In this document: piece after piece, positions 28,233 through 39,744 of the stretch
How the letters are laid out: each line of letters starts with the position of its first letter
Position numbering within the stretch: position 1 is the stretch's first letter
DNA from: Planctomycetota bacterium
GTDB lineage: Bacteria; Planctomycetota; UBA1135; UBA2386
NCBI GenBank assembly: GCA_965228735.1
Contig: OZ245838.1
Span: 4,992,001 to 5,056,000, forward strand
Reading direction: 5' to 3'
DNA: 64,000 nt
Position numbers and translations under genes: made by a program
The notes under the pieces: model-generated
The model's database searches: none
Seen by the model: only the letters and a program-made list of their open reading frames with translations
Told to the model about the DNA's origin: nothing

Positions 28233-28295
28233 GGCAGTTCTCTGGGGGCCGGATTGGCGGCCCGGTTCTTCACGCGAGAAGAGGACAGCCGGCTC

Positions 28296-28334
28296 GTGAA
28301 GGTGATGCGTGGCTTCCGTTAAGGGAATGTAAAG
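28296..28334 (-). promoter_or_regulatory. Pho-box-like 11-bp-period direct repeats upstream of pstS
   Basis: Minus strand CTTTAC (28334), CTTAAC (28323), weak unit (28312), CTTCAC (28301). Confidence 0.65.
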
Positions 28335-28509
28335 AGCGCGGGTTTCGCCGGGCGGCGGGGGGTTGGCCGAATGCCGGCGAGTGGCGGCCGAACGCCGCCG
28401 GAATGGCCGATCGAGGCCATCCGGAGAGCCAGCCCAGGGCCGCGAAGTCGGTCTACGGTATTGCCGAAGTGCACTCTGGCGACCTCGGGTTCGCGGCGAT
28501 GTCCGCCAT

Positions 28510-28564
28510 CTTCACGGAACCGCAACGGTGCCTTAACCGAATCTGCATACCGGCTTCATAAAGA
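28510..28564 (+). promoter_or_regulatory. Pho-box-like 11-bp-period direct repeats upstream of the porin
   Basis: CTTCAC 28510, CGCAAC 28521, CTTAAC 28532, CTGCAT 28543, CTTCAT 28554. Confidence 0.65.
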
Positions 28565-28613
28565 CCACGCTCGGCTGACTCTAACCACCCTGTGTCAACG
28601 GTCTGCGAAGTTG

Positions 28614-29945
28614 ATGTCAAGATCCCGAGCGTGCGCCCTCTCTCTCCTCTCCACCTGTGGAGCCGTGCTGGCTCAGCAGGACCCGACCCCTGCCCCCGAC
28701 CAGCCGGGAGCGCCGACCGAGGCGCAGCTGGACGCCGCGGTCGAGCGGTACATGCAGAAGAACTCGATGGTGAACGCCACCTACGGCAGCAAGGGGTTCC
28801 GCCTCGAGACCGCCGACGGCAACTACCAGACCAACCTGCAGTGGCGGGCGCAGCTCCGCTTCACCGACCCGTATCGCGGCGATCCGCGGCAGGTCGATGA
28901 GTTCGAGGGCTCCGAACGCACCACGTTCGAGGCGCGCCGGGTCCGCATGAAGATCGGCGGTCACGGCTACCAGCCGTGGCTGAAGTACTACTTCGAGGTC
29001 GACCTCCAGCCGACGCGGTCGTCGTCGAGCTCGAGCGCGAACTCGAGCGCGCGCGTCATCGACTGGCGCATCGACGTCGCCAAGTGGGAGGCCTTCGGCA
29101 TCCGCGTTGGCCAATGGAAGATCGACTACAACCGCGAGCGTGTCGACTCCTCCGGTCGCCAGCAGTTCGTCGAGCGGTCGATCGTCAACCGGATCTTCAC
29201 GATCGACCGCCAGGTCGGCGCGAGCTTTCGCGGTCACCTCTTCAAGGGCACGGCCGCGGACTTCCGCTACTACCTCGGCGCGTTCACCGGCGAGGGGCGC
29301 GGCGTCGCCAACGACGATCAGCGGCTGATGTACGTCACCCGCCTGCAGTGGAACTTCCTCGGCCGGGATCTCGCGTTGCGGCAGACGGACGTCGAGCGCA
29401 CCGAGAAGCCCACGGGCAGCTTCGCGATCGGTGGCGCCACCCACACCGGTCGGGCGACGCGCTGGTCGTCCGGCGGCGGCGGCAACCTCGACGGCTTCGA
29501 CAGCGTGTCGAACGCGATGAACGGGCAGCACCGCATCTACCAGGCGGTCGCCGAGTTCGCGTTCAAGTACCAGGGGTTCTCGACGCAGAACGAGTTCCAC
29601 TGGAAGAGCATCACCGACAAGAGCATCCCGCACGGCGCGCTCGGTCGGGACAGCGACCTCTACGGTCTCTACTCGCAGGTCGGCTACTTCTTCCACGAGA
29701 TGTTCCCGAGCTTCCCCGAGCCGCTCGAGCTCGCGGCGCGCTACGCCTGGCTGCGTGAGCCGAACGAGAACGTGCGCACGGTGGATAACGAGCGCCAGGA
29801 GTTCACGATCGCCGCGAACTGGTTCTTCGCGGGTCACAACAACAAGCTCACGCTCGACTACTCGTACCTGACGATCGACGACGACGTCCTGGCGATGGAC
29901 GAGTCGGGGAGTCGCATCCGCCTGCAGTGGGACATCTCCTTCTGA
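28614..29945 (+). CDS. Phosphate-selective porin (OprO/OprP family)
   Basis: Signal peptide; FEARRVR, IRVGQWK...RE..DSS..QQFVERS; C-terminal Phe (LQWDISF); divergent from pstS. Confidence 0.88.
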   Translation: MSRSRACALSLLSTCGAVLAQQDPTPAPDQPGAPTEAQLDAAVERYMQKNSMVNATYGSKGFRLETADGNYQTNLQWRAQLRFTDPYRGDPRQVDEFEGSERTTFEARRVRMKIGGHGYQPWLKYYFEVDLQPTRSSSSSSANSSARVIDWRIDVAKWEAFGIRVGQWKIDYNRERVDSSGRQQFVERSIVNRIFTIDRQVGASFRGHLFKGTAADFRYYLGAFTGEGRGVANDDQRLMYVTRLQWNFLGRDLALRQTDVERTEKPTGSFAIGGATHTGRATRWSSGGGGNLDGFDSVSNAMNGQHRIYQAVAEFAFKYQGFSTQNEFHWKSITDKSIPHGALGRDSDLYGLYSQVGYFFHEMFPSFPEPLELAARYAWLREPNENVRTVDNERQEFTIAANWFFAGHNNKLTLDYSYLTIDDDVLAMDESGSRIRLQWDISF

Positions 29946-29980
29946 GCGAGTTTGCCCGCGAAGCGGGCAAACTCGCTCAG
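29942..29980. terminator. Perfect 18-bp hairpin with a GAA loop at the porin stop (terminator or REP-like)
   Basis: CTGAGCGAGTTTGCCCGC-GAA-GCGGGCAAACTCGCTCAG; no U-tract. Confidence 0.55.
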
Positions 29981-30056
29981 GACCTTGCCGCGCTCCTTCG
30001 GAGCGCCGCTCCGGTTCTGAGCTGGCTTCTTCTGGTCTCGAAGCGATAGGTCGGTG

Positions 30057-30080
30057 CTGCTGCCACCACGGTGGCAGCAG
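30057..30080 (+). promoter_or_regulatory. 24-bp palindromic site, copy 2 (candidate HTH-WYL activator site)
   Basis: CTGCTGCCACC-AC-GGTGGCAGCAG, 21 nt before ATG 30102. Confidence 0.72.
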
Positions 30081-30101
30081 GGGGTCGGTAACTACTTGCG
30101 C

Positions 30102-30665
30102 ATGAGCAAGCCCACTGTTGCCAGTCTTCTCCTCACCGACCTCGACCGCGAAGCGGTCCTCACTCGCCGTGTCCTGCGGGCCGCGCCGGCCGCGCACTAC
30201 GACTTCCGGCCGCACGAGAAGTCCATGACGCTCGGCCAGCTGGCCAGCCACCTCGCCGAGACGCCGTCGTGGGTCGAAGGGATGCAGCCCGACGTCCTCG
30301 ACATGGCGGAGGTCATGGCCGACTACCGCCCGTTCGTCGCGACGACGACGGCGGAGGTGATCGCGACCCACGACCGCAACTTCGCCAAGTGCCGCGCGGT
30401 CGCGGACCAGAGCGACGACTTCCTGCTCAGTGAGTGGCGGATGGTGCGCGGCGACGTGGAGCTGCTGGCCTTGCCGCGCCACCTCGCGATTCGCGACTTC
30501 GCGCTGCTGCACCAGGCCCACCATCGCGGTCAGCTGACCGTCTACCTGCGGCTGCTCGGCGTGCCCGTGCCGCAGACCTACGGGCCGACGGCGGATCTGC
30601 CCGATTGGTCGCCCGGCGTCGACACCGAGACGGGCGCCGCTGACGCCACGGCGGCGAACGCGTAA
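30102..30665 (+). CDS. DinB family protein
   Basis: FRPHEKSMTLGQLASHLAE; HQAHHRGQLTVYLRLLGVPVP..YGPTAD. Confidence 0.92.
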   Translation: MSKPTVASLLLTDLDREAVLTRRVLRAAPAAHYDFRPHEKSMTLGQLASHLAETPSWVEGMQPDVLDMAEVMADYRPFVATTTAEVIATHDRNFAKCRAVADQSDDFLLSEWRMVRGDVELLALPRHLAIRDFALLHQAHHRGQLTVYLRLLGVPVPQTYGPTADLPDWSPGVDTETGAADATAANA

Positions 30666-30674
30666 CGTCGCCCC

Positions 30675-31373
30675 ATGCGCCGCGCCGATCGCCTCTTCCA
30701 ACTCGTGCAGCTGCTGCGGTCGCGCGACGTCGTGACCGCGCGCGAGATCGCCGGTGAGCTCGAGGTGTCACTGCGCACCGTGTATCGCGACGTCGCCGAT
30801 CTCAGCGCGAGCGGTGTGCCGATCGACGGCGAGGCCGGGGTCGGCTACGCGCTCGGCCAGGGTTTCGACCTGCCGCCACTGATGTTCGATCGCGAGGAGA
30901 TCGGCGCGCTCGTGCTCGGCGCCCGCATGGTGCAGGCGTTCGGTGACGACGCGCTCGCCGACCGGGCGAAGAGCGTGCTCGAGAAGGTCGCGCTCGTCGT
31001 GCCCGAACCGCTGCGCGCCGGCTTCGACCGCGAGGACATCGGCGTTCCTGTCGGCCTCGAGGCCGAAACCAGGGCGCGACTGCAGAGCTTGCGCGAGGCG
31101 ATCGACGGTCGTCGCAAGATCCGCTGCCGCTACCGCAGCGTGCAGGACCAGGTCAGCGAGCGCACGCTGCGCCCGCTGACCCTCGCGTTCTTCGGTTCGG
31201 TGTGGCTGCTCGGCTCGTGGTGCGAACTGCGCGCCGACTTCCGCACGTTTCGGCCCGACCGATTCGAGAGTCTGGAGGTGCTCGACGAGCAGGTGCCGGA
31301 CGAGCCGGAACGGTCGCTCCAGGCCTATCTCCGGTTGGTCCACGAACGCATGAGCCGCGCCGGCGAGTGTTGA
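30675..31373 (+). CDS. YafY-like HTH-WYL transcriptional regulator
   Basis: MRRADRLFQLVQLL..EVSLRTVYRDV..GVPIDGEAGVGY; W.L..WCELRADFRTFRPDR. Confidence 0.95.
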   Translation: MRRADRLFQLVQLLRSRDVVTAREIAGELEVSLRTVYRDVADLSASGVPIDGEAGVGYALGQGFDLPPLMFDREEIGALVLGARMVQAFGDDALADRAKSVLEKVALVVPEPLRAGFDREDIGVPVGLEAETRARLQSLREAIDGRRKIRCRYRSVQDQVSERTLRPLTLAFFGSVWLLGSWCELRADFRTFRPDRFESLEVLDEQVPDEPERSLQAYLRLVHERMSRAGEC

Positions 31374-31398
31374 GCGGATCTTGCGTTACAGTTCGCGC

Positions 31399-34362
31399 GT
31401 GGATCGCCGCGCCCGGATCCTGAGCCTCGCACTCGTCGCGCTGACCGCGCTCGTGGTCGTCGTCGCGTGGGGCAGCGACGGCGAGCCTGGTCCGCCCGCG
31501 GGTTCGAACTCGACCGCCCGGTCGGGCGACGCGACGACGATGGCGGCGGCCAGTGATGCCGCCGCGTCCCGGGCCGACGCGGTCGCGGCAGAGCGCTCGG
31601 TCGTCGAGGTCGAACCGTCGCGCTACGCCCAGCTGCTGCGCGCAACGGCGACCGGCTACACCGGGCGCGTCGTCACCGCGCGCGGCGAGGTCGTGCCCGG
31701 CATCGGCGTCACGCTGCTGCGGGTGGCCGCGACGGCCGCGTTCCCGGCGAAGCTCGATCTGTTCGACGTGCAGCCGGCCGAGCCGCAAGTCGTCGCGGCC
31801 GAGGCTTCGACGGATGCCCGCGGGCGCTTCGTGCTCGACGGTGTCGCGCCGCGCGGTGTGTGCTTCCTGCGCCTCGCGTTCGAGGACCCGGACACGGCGC
31901 CGGCGCGGTTTCGTTCCGGGCAACGCACCTACGTGCCGGTCGAGCGCGCGCCGGCGCCCGGCGAGGTGGTCGATCTCGGCGACGTCATGCTCAAGGTCGG
32001 TGCGACGATCGTCGGTCGGGTCGTCGATCCGGACGGTCCAGTCGAGGGCGCGCTCGTGCGCGCGGCGCGGCTGCCGCCGCTGCCGTTCGGCGTCGTGCCG
32101 ATCGAGCGGCTGCGGCCCGACGGCGGGCTCATCGGCACGCCGGGGGATGCGACGACGTTCGTCGAGTTCCCGCCGTGGTTCGAGTCCTTCTGGAGCGCGC
32201 TGCCGATCGCGGTGACGCACAGCCGGGCGGACGGTTCGTTTGCGATCCACGGCGTCGATCCGGGCGCGGTCGTCGTCGCGGCGATCGCGCCCGGGCGCGC
32301 GAGCCGGTTGCTCGAGAAGGTGCAGACGCGCGCCGGCGAGACGACCGGGGTCGGCGAGCTGCGGTTGCCGTACGGCGCGACGACGAGCGTGTTCGTCGTC
32401 GACGCGGCGGGCGAGCCCGTTGCGGATGCGCGGGTCTTCGTCGCGCCGATGAGCATGGGGCTGCCCGTGCACGTCGCCGAACCGGCCGGCACGACCAACG
32501 GGGCCGGGCGTGTCGCGGTCGACGGTCTGCCGGTCGGGCGCGCGATCGCGGCGGCGGCCCGGCAGGGCAGCGCGGTCTGGCACTACAGCGAGCCAGCGAG
32601 TGCCGAAGGGACGTTGCGCGTCGTGCTCCCCGAGCGTCACACGCTGACGTTGCGGGTGCTCGATCTCGACGGCGCGCCGATCGCGCGGCCCGATGTCCAG
32701 CTCGTGCCGGGCGCGGCGGATCACGGTGTCGTCGAGCTGGCGCTGCTGGGCGCGCGCCGGCCGATCGACCTGTCGCGTCGACTCGGGCGTCTGCCCGACG
32801 GTCAGCTGCGCATCGCAGAACTCGATGCGGGCGAGTGGACGCTGCTCGTCGGGGCACCGGGCTATGCGACGCACAAGGCGGACCTGACGCTCACCGCGGA
32901 CACCGAGCGCACGGTCGAACTGCGCGGTGCGCGTGAACTGCGGGTGCGGACGATCGACCCGCGCGGCGAACCCGTCGCGGATGCGACGATCTACGTGCGG
33001 TCGCGCGGTGAGTCGCGCAACGTGCGACTCATCGAACTGCCGCGGCCGGTCGGGCGCACGCGCGAGGATGGTTGGCTCTCGATCTCGGACCTGCCGACGA
33101 CGACGACGCGCATCACGGCCGAGCATCCGCTGTACGGGCAGGTGCATCGCGAGGTCGACGGGACGCCGGGCGAGCTCGAGCTCTTGTTCGAGGAGGCCGC
33201 GTCGATCACGGGCGTTCTCACGGACGGCGGGCGACCGCCGGAGCCGGGCCGCTGGGTCATGGTGCTCGAACGGCGCTACGGTGACGGCGAGCTGCGGCGC
33301 GGTGCGATGCCCGACATGCCGCAACTCACGGTGCCCGACCTCGAGGGCAACTTCCGCTTCGCGGCGCTGCAGCCCGGCAAGTGGCGCGTGACGGCGCAGG
33401 ACTCCGTGGCCGACGTCTCGACCGTCGCGGGTTTCATGGAGTACAGCGCGCGGCGCAAGCAGATCTTCCCGTGGAACAAGGCGGAGGTGCTGCTGCAGGG
33501 CGGCGAACGCGCGGAGGTGCGCCTCGACGCGATCGTCGACGCGACGCCGTTCGATGGTCCGGGGGCGTTCGTGCGTGGCTCCGTCGTGCTCGACGGTGCG
33601 CCTGCGATCGGCGCGGTCGTCGTCGGCACGTCGAAGAAGCCCGAACGGCGCGTGACGAGTCGCGTCGACGGCGGCGGCTGGTTCGAGCTCGGGCGGGTGC
33701 CGGCGGGCGAACTGCGGCTCGTCGTCGTATCGCAGGAGGTCGCCGACAGTCGGTTGCGGGAGAACGTCTTCAACCACCTCTGGGCTCGCGATCTTCGGAT
33801 CACGGCGGACGAGCCGCGCGACATTCGCGTCGTGCTCGATACCGGCGTCGTGTTCGGTCACGTCACGAACGAGCACGGGCAGCCGGCTTCGGACTGTCGC
33901 ATGCGGATCTTCGACCGCGGCGGCGACGGGCGATCGAGTTCGATGCGCAGCGCGCGGTCGAAGGCCGGCGCGTTCCGTTTTGAGGCCGTGCCCGCGGGCC
34001 ATTACGAACTGCTCGCGGAGAGTGACACGGGGCGCGCCGTGCGCGGCGGCGTCGTGGTCACGAGCGGCGGGGTCGTCGGGCCGATCGATCTCGTGATGCA
34101 GCCGTTCGCGCGGCTGGCCGGGCAGGTGCTGCAGGACAACGCGCCGCCGCCGCGCGGCAGCTCACTGCGGCTGTATCCGGCAGGCGGTGGCCACACGCTG
34201 CGGCGGGGGCTCGAAAAGGACGGTTCGTTCGCGTTCGACCGGATCGTGGCCGGCGACTATCGCGGTGAACTGCGAACACCGAGTCGTGAACTCGATCTCG
34301 GCAATGTGCGCGTGCTCGCGCCGGTGACCGCCGGGGTCACGCTCCGGGCGTCGACACGGTGA
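31399..34362 (+). CDS. Membrane-anchored carboxypeptidase-regulatory-like (Cna-B-like) repeat protein
   Basis: N-terminal TM; repeated GRVVD..G.PV.GA.V / TD..GRF units. Confidence 0.8.
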   Translation: MDRRARILSLALVALTALVVVVAWGSDGEPGPPAGSNSTARSGDATTMAAASDAAASRADAVAAERSVVEVEPSRYAQLLRATATGYTGRVVTARGEVVPGIGVTLLRVAATAAFPAKLDLFDVQPAEPQVVAAEASTDARGRFVLDGVAPRGVCFLRLAFEDPDTAPARFRSGQRTYVPVERAPAPGEVVDLGDVMLKVGATIVGRVVDPDGPVEGALVRAARLPPLPFGVVPIERLRPDGGLIGTPGDATTFVEFPPWFESFWSALPIAVTHSRADGSFAIHGVDPGAVVVAAIAPGRASRLLEKVQTRAGETTGVGELRLPYGATTSVFVVDAAGEPVADARVFVAPMSMGLPVHVAEPAGTTNGAGRVAVDGLPVGRAIAAAARQGSAVWHYSEPASAEGTLRVVLPERHTLTLRVLDLDGAPIARPDVQLVPGAADHGVVELALLGARRPIDLSRRLGRLPDGQLRIAELDAGEWTLLVGAPGYATHKADLTLTADTERTVELRGARELRVRTIDPRGEPVADATIYVRSRGESRNVRLIELPRPVGRTREDGWLSISDLPTTTTRITAEHPLYGQVHREVDGTPGELELLFEEAASITGVLTDGGRPPEPGRWVMVLERRYGDGELRRGAMPDMPQLTVPDLEGNFRFAALQPGKWRVTAQDSVADVSTVAGFMEYSARRKQIFPWNKAEVLLQGGERAEVRLDAIVDATPFDGPGAFVRGSVVLDGAPAIGAVVVGTSKKPERRVTSRVDGGGWFELGRVPAGELRLVVVSQEVADSRLRENVFNHLWARDLRITADEPRDIRVVLDTGVVFGHVTNEHGQPASDCRMRIFDRGGDGRSSSMRSARSKAGAFRFEAVPAGHYELLAESDTGRAVRGGVVVTSGGVVGPIDLVMQPFARLAGQVLQDNAPPPRGSSLRLYPAGGGHTLRRGLEKDGSFAFDRIVAGDYRGELRTPSRELDLGNVRVLAPVTAGVTLRASTR

Positions 34363-34475
34363 GCCGCAGCGGGGCGAAAGTGCGAATGTCCCGCCGTGGC
34401 AAACCACGGTTTATTCACGGTGCGCGCCCTTGAGGCAAAGGGGCCGCCGGGTTCCGATTTCGCTGCCTAGAAACC

Positions 34476-35978
<1,503 letters not shown>

Positions 35979-36028
35979 CGGGGCGGTGCCGGTGCCGAAC
36001 CCGTTTCGAATCCGCCACCGCGCGCCCG

Positions 36029-39000
36029 CTACCCGTCGCCGGGCAGCAGCGGCAGCCCGCTCTCGCCGAGTGCGTCGCGGAACGCCTGCATCGCGCCCTG
36101 CTCGAACTCGGTCACGGCATCGACGATCGCCTGCATGCGCTTCGGCGCGCGGCCGACGTGCAGCAGCTCGGTCGCCTGCACCTTGCCCGGGGTGCGGTTG
36201 ACCCGCAGCTCGGCGAAGAAGCGCGACATCAGCGCGTCCGACGTATCGACGATGCCCTGGCGGTCGCGCTCGCCCCAGAGCGTCTCCTCGAGTTCGTCGA
36301 TGGCCTTCTGCGCGTCCTTGTGCGCTTCCTTCAGCGCTTCGAACGGGTCGTCCTCGCCCTTCTTCACCTCGGGTTCGAGCGCGAGGCGCCGCTTCACGAA
36401 GTCGAGGTCGCGCTTCATCCGCGCGAGCTTCTGCGTCGTCGGGCGCAGCTCGGCGCGCAGGTCCTCGACCCGCGCGAGCAACTCGTCGCGCGCCTCGCGG
36501 TCGGCCATCGGCACGTCGACGCGCGGGTCGGGGCGGACCTCGACCCTGGTCGTCTGCGACTCGCCCTGGAAGTGCACCGTGACGTCGTAGACGCCGGGCA
36601 GCACCTCGCGGCCGCCGGGCGGCAGCTTCGGCTCCTTCTGCAGCGTGCGGCCCGGTCCGGGTTTGCCGTCGCGTTCGAGCCGCCAGATGACGCGGTTGAA
36701 GCCGAGGTGGACCTTACGGGTGAACGTGCGGATCACCGTGCCCTCCGCGTCGCGGACCTCGACCTTGACCTCGTCCTTGGCCGGGCCGTCGTCGTCCTTC
36801 TTCTCCTTCTCGGCCTTCTCGGCGGCCTCGTCGGTCGCTTCCTCGGAGCTCTCGCTCTCGTCCCCCTCTTTCGAGTCCTTCTTCTTGCTGGCCTTCATCG
36901 CCGCCCGCCGCTCCTTCTCCTCGTCGGGATCGGGGTGCTTCAGCTCGTCGGCGTTGACGATCAGGTCGAGCATCGCGCCGCGCGCCTTCGTCGGGCCGCG
37001 GAACTCGCCGTTGCCTGGGAAGCGCGTGCTCGGCGACTGTTGCGTCTCGTACGCGATCGCGGGCTGCGCGTCGAACAGGTGCAGCTTCTTGCCGAGGACC
37101 TCCGGCGTCAGTCCGCGCAGCACGGTCGGGTTGTCGAGCACGAAGATCGCGCGGCCGTGCGAGCCGACGACGAGGTCGCCCGTGCGCGGCTGCGTGGTGA
37201 TCGCCATCGCCGAGCACGTCGGCACGCCGTGCGTCCACTTCTGCCACGCCTTGCCGCCGTCGACGGAGACGAAAAGCCCGAACTCGGTGCCGACCCACAG
37301 CAGGTCTTGGTGCATCGGGTCCTGCTCGATCACGAGGCAGTAGCCGTCGATGTCGTCCGTCGCGAGTGACGTCCACGTCACGCCGTAGTCCGTCGTCTGG
37401 TAGACGTACGGCGTCCAGTCGAACGTGCGGTGACCGTCGAACACCGCGTACGCCGTGCCGGCGTCGAACTTGCTGGCCTCGATGTGCGGGCACCACGTGT
37501 GCCGCGGCAGACCCGGGATCGCGTCCTCGCAGCTGCGCCAGCTGCTGCCGCCGTCCTTGCTCACGTGCACGCGCCCGTCGTCGGTGCCGACCCAGAGCAC
37601 GCCCTGCTGCTTCGGGCTGCACGCGATCGTGATGATCGAGCAGTAGTTCTCGGCGCCGGTCGCATCGAGCGACAGGCCGCCGCTCTCGTCCTGCTTCTGC
37701 CACTCGGGGTTGTTCGTCGTGAGGTCGGGCGAGATCACGTTCCAGCTGTCGCCGCGATCGCTGCTCCGGTGCACGAACTGACTGCCGTAGTAGATCGTCC
37801 CGGCGTCGAACGGATCCTGCGCGATCGCCGCGTTCCAGTTGAAGCGCAGCTTCGTGTCCGCGTCGGGTGCCGGCGGCTTGATGCGCGTCTGCGAGCCCGT
37901 GCGCAGATCCCAGCGCAGCAGGTTGCCGCCCTGGCTCATCGCGTAGCCCTGTTGGCTGTCGTCCGGGAACGGCAGCGTGGCGAAGCCGTCACCGAACGCG
38001 ACCTCCTGCCAGTGCAGATTGCGGATGCCGCCGTTCTCCCAGACCGTCGACGGACCGCGCCAGCTGCCGTTGTCCTGCAGTCCGCCGTAGACGTTGAACG
38101 GCTCCTCGTCGTCGACCGCGACGTGATAGAACTGCGCGAGCGGCAGGTTGCGGCAGAAGCGCCACGTGTTGCCGCGATCGAGGCTCGTGTAGACGCCGCC
38201 GTCGTTGCCGAGCAGGATGCGTTGCGGGTCGGTCGGATCGATCCACATCGAGTGGTGATCCGGGTGCGCGTCGCCCCAGCCGACGAGGCCGGAGAACGAC
38301 TTGCCGCCGTCCGTCGACACGTCGATCGTCGTGTGCAGGTTGTAGACCCGGTCCGGGTCGTGCGAATCGACGCGGATGTCACAGAAGTAGAACGGCCTCG
38401 GCGCGATGCTGTCGCCGCGGTTGACCGTCGAGAACGAGTGGCCGCCGTCGGTGCTGCGCAGCAGCACGCTCTTCTTCGCCTCGACGAGCGCGTAGACGAT
38501 GTGCGGCGCGCTGCGCGCGATCGCCATGCTGACGCGGCCGAGCTTGCCCTTCGGCAGGCCGTCGTCGCTGCCGAGCTTCGTCCACGTCTTGCCCCCGTCG
38601 AGCGAGCGGTGAATGCCCGAACCCTCGCCACCCGAATCGAAGAAGTGCGGCGTGCGGCGGTGCTGCCACATCGTCGCGAACATCTTGTTGGGGTTGCTCG
38701 CGTCGATGACGAAGTCGCTGCAGCCCGTCGACTCGTCGACGTAGAGCACCTTGTCCCACGTCTTGCCGCCGTCGCTCGTGCGGTAGAGGCCGCGGTCCTC
38801 GGAGTCGTTCCAGCTCGTGCCGAGCGCTGCCACGAACGCGACGTCGGGATCGTCCGGATGCAGCACGACCCGGTGGATCTTCTCGGTCTTCTCGAGCCCG
38901 AGGTGCTCCCACGTCTTGCCGCCATCGCGCGTGCGATAGACGCCGCGGCCGACGCTCGCCGAATTGCGCGGGTTGCCCTCACCCGTGCCCACCCAGACGA

Positions 39001-39328
39001 CGTCGGGCGACCGCGGATCGATCGCGATCGCGCCGATCGACGTGCAGTTCTGATCGTCGAAGACGGGCGTGAACCGCACGCCGCTGTCCGTCGACTTCCA
39101 CAGTCCGCCGCTCGCCGCGCCGGCCCAGACGATGCGCGGATCACCGGGCACGGAGGCGACGGCGCCGATGCGCCCGCTGCAGACCGCGGGCCCGATCGCG
39201 CGGGCCTTCAGGTCCTTCAGCAGGGTCAGATCGAGAACGGGCTGCGGCGCGGCCGAACTCGGTTCCTGGGCGACCGAACCGGCGATCAACAGTGCAGAAG
39301 CGACAATGGCATGGCGGGCGTGCTGCAT
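36029..39328 (-). CDS. Exported BNR/Asp-box repeat (VPS10/sortilin-like) glycosyl hydrolase-like protein
   Basis: IGPA..SGRI; many SxDGGxTW boxes; GGLQDNGSW; RFNWNA; signal peptide. Confidence 0.9.
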   Translation of the reverse strand: MQHARHAIVASALLIAGSVAQEPSSAAPQPVLDLTLLKDLKARAIGPAVCSGRIGAVASVPGDPRIVWAGAASGGLWKSTDSGVRFTPVFDDQNCTSIGAIAIDPRSPDVVWVGTGEGNPRNSASVGRGVYRTRDGGKTWEHLGLEKTEKIHRVVLHPDDPDVAFVAALGTSWNDSEDRGLYRTSDGGKTWDKVLYVDESTGCSDFVIDASNPNKMFATMWQHRRTPHFFDSGGEGSGIHRSLDGGKTWTKLGSDDGLPKGKLGRVSMAIARSAPHIVYALVEAKKSVLLRSTDGGHSFSTVNRGDSIAPRPFYFCDIRVDSHDPDRVYNLHTTIDVSTDGGKSFSGLVGWGDAHPDHHSMWIDPTDPQRILLGNDGGVYTSLDRGNTWRFCRNLPLAQFYHVAVDDEEPFNVYGGLQDNGSWRGPSTVWENGGIRNLHWQEVAFGDGFATLPFPDDSQQGYAMSQGGNLLRWDLRTGSQTRIKPPAPDADTKLRFNWNAAIAQDPFDAGTIYYGSQFVHRSSDRGDSWNVISPDLTTNNPEWQKQDESGGLSLDATGAENYCSIITIACSPKQQGVLWVGTDDGRVHVSKDGGSSWRSCEDAIPGLPRHTWCPHIEASKFDAGTAYAVFDGHRTFDWTPYVYQTTDYGVTWTSLATDDIDGYCLVIEQDPMHQDLLWVGTEFGLFVSVDGGKAWQKWTHGVPTCSAMAITTQPRTGDLVVGSHGRAIFVLDNPTVLRGLTPEVLGKKLHLFDAQPAIAYETQQSPSTRFPGNGEFRGPTKARGAMLDLIVNADELKHPDPDEEKERRAAMKASKKKDSKEGDESESSEEATDEAAEKAEKEKKDDDGPAKDEVKVEVRDAEGTVIRTFTRKVHLGFNRVIWRLERDGKPGPGRTLQKEPKLPPGGREVLPGVYDVTVHFQGESQTTRVEVRPDPRVDVPMADREARDELLARVEDLRAELRPTTQKLARMKRDLDFVKRRLALEPEVKKGEDDPFEALKEAHKDAQKAIDELEETLWGERDRQGIVDTSDALMSRFFAELRVNRTPGKVQATELLHVGRAPKRMQAIVDAVTEFEQGAMQAFRDALGESGLPLLPGDG

Positions 39329-39411
39329 GGCTCGCGGACCATACGCGGAGCCCCGGGCGCCGGTGAGGGAGTTTGGTGCCACGGATGCAACGCCCTTGCG
39401 CTGTGCGCGTC

Positions 39412-39744
39412 ATGGTGCCTCTGACCGGGTTTCGCCGCAGCGTCGTCCGCCGCGTGGCCGGCCTCGCACTGCTGCTGGCGCTCTGCGGCGGCAGCACCGG
39501 CTGCACCCTCGTCAAACCGATGGTCGGCGCCGTCACGGGCCCGATCTACGCGGTCGGCGCGACCGGCGTGCCGGTCGGATGCGGCTGCCGCGACGGCTGC
39601 GGCGTCGCGCTCTACTTCCTCGGTGCGGCGGCCGTCGGCGCGGTCGCGGGTCTGGTGACAGGTGTCATCAGTGACGTGCGGGTTCTGACTGGCCATGCGC
39701 GCGAGCCGGTCGAGAACTGGTGGAACCCGTTCGACACGAACTGA
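39412..39744 (+). CDS. Small Gly-rich putative lipoprotein
   Basis: STGC lipobox-like followed by TLVKP; hydrophobic segments; start uncertain. Confidence 0.6.
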   Translation: MVPLTGFRRSVVRRVAGLALLLALCGGSTGCTLVKPMVGAVTGPIYAVGATGVPVGCGCRDGCGVALYFLGAAAVGAVAGLVTGVISDVRVLTGHAREPVENWWNPFDTN

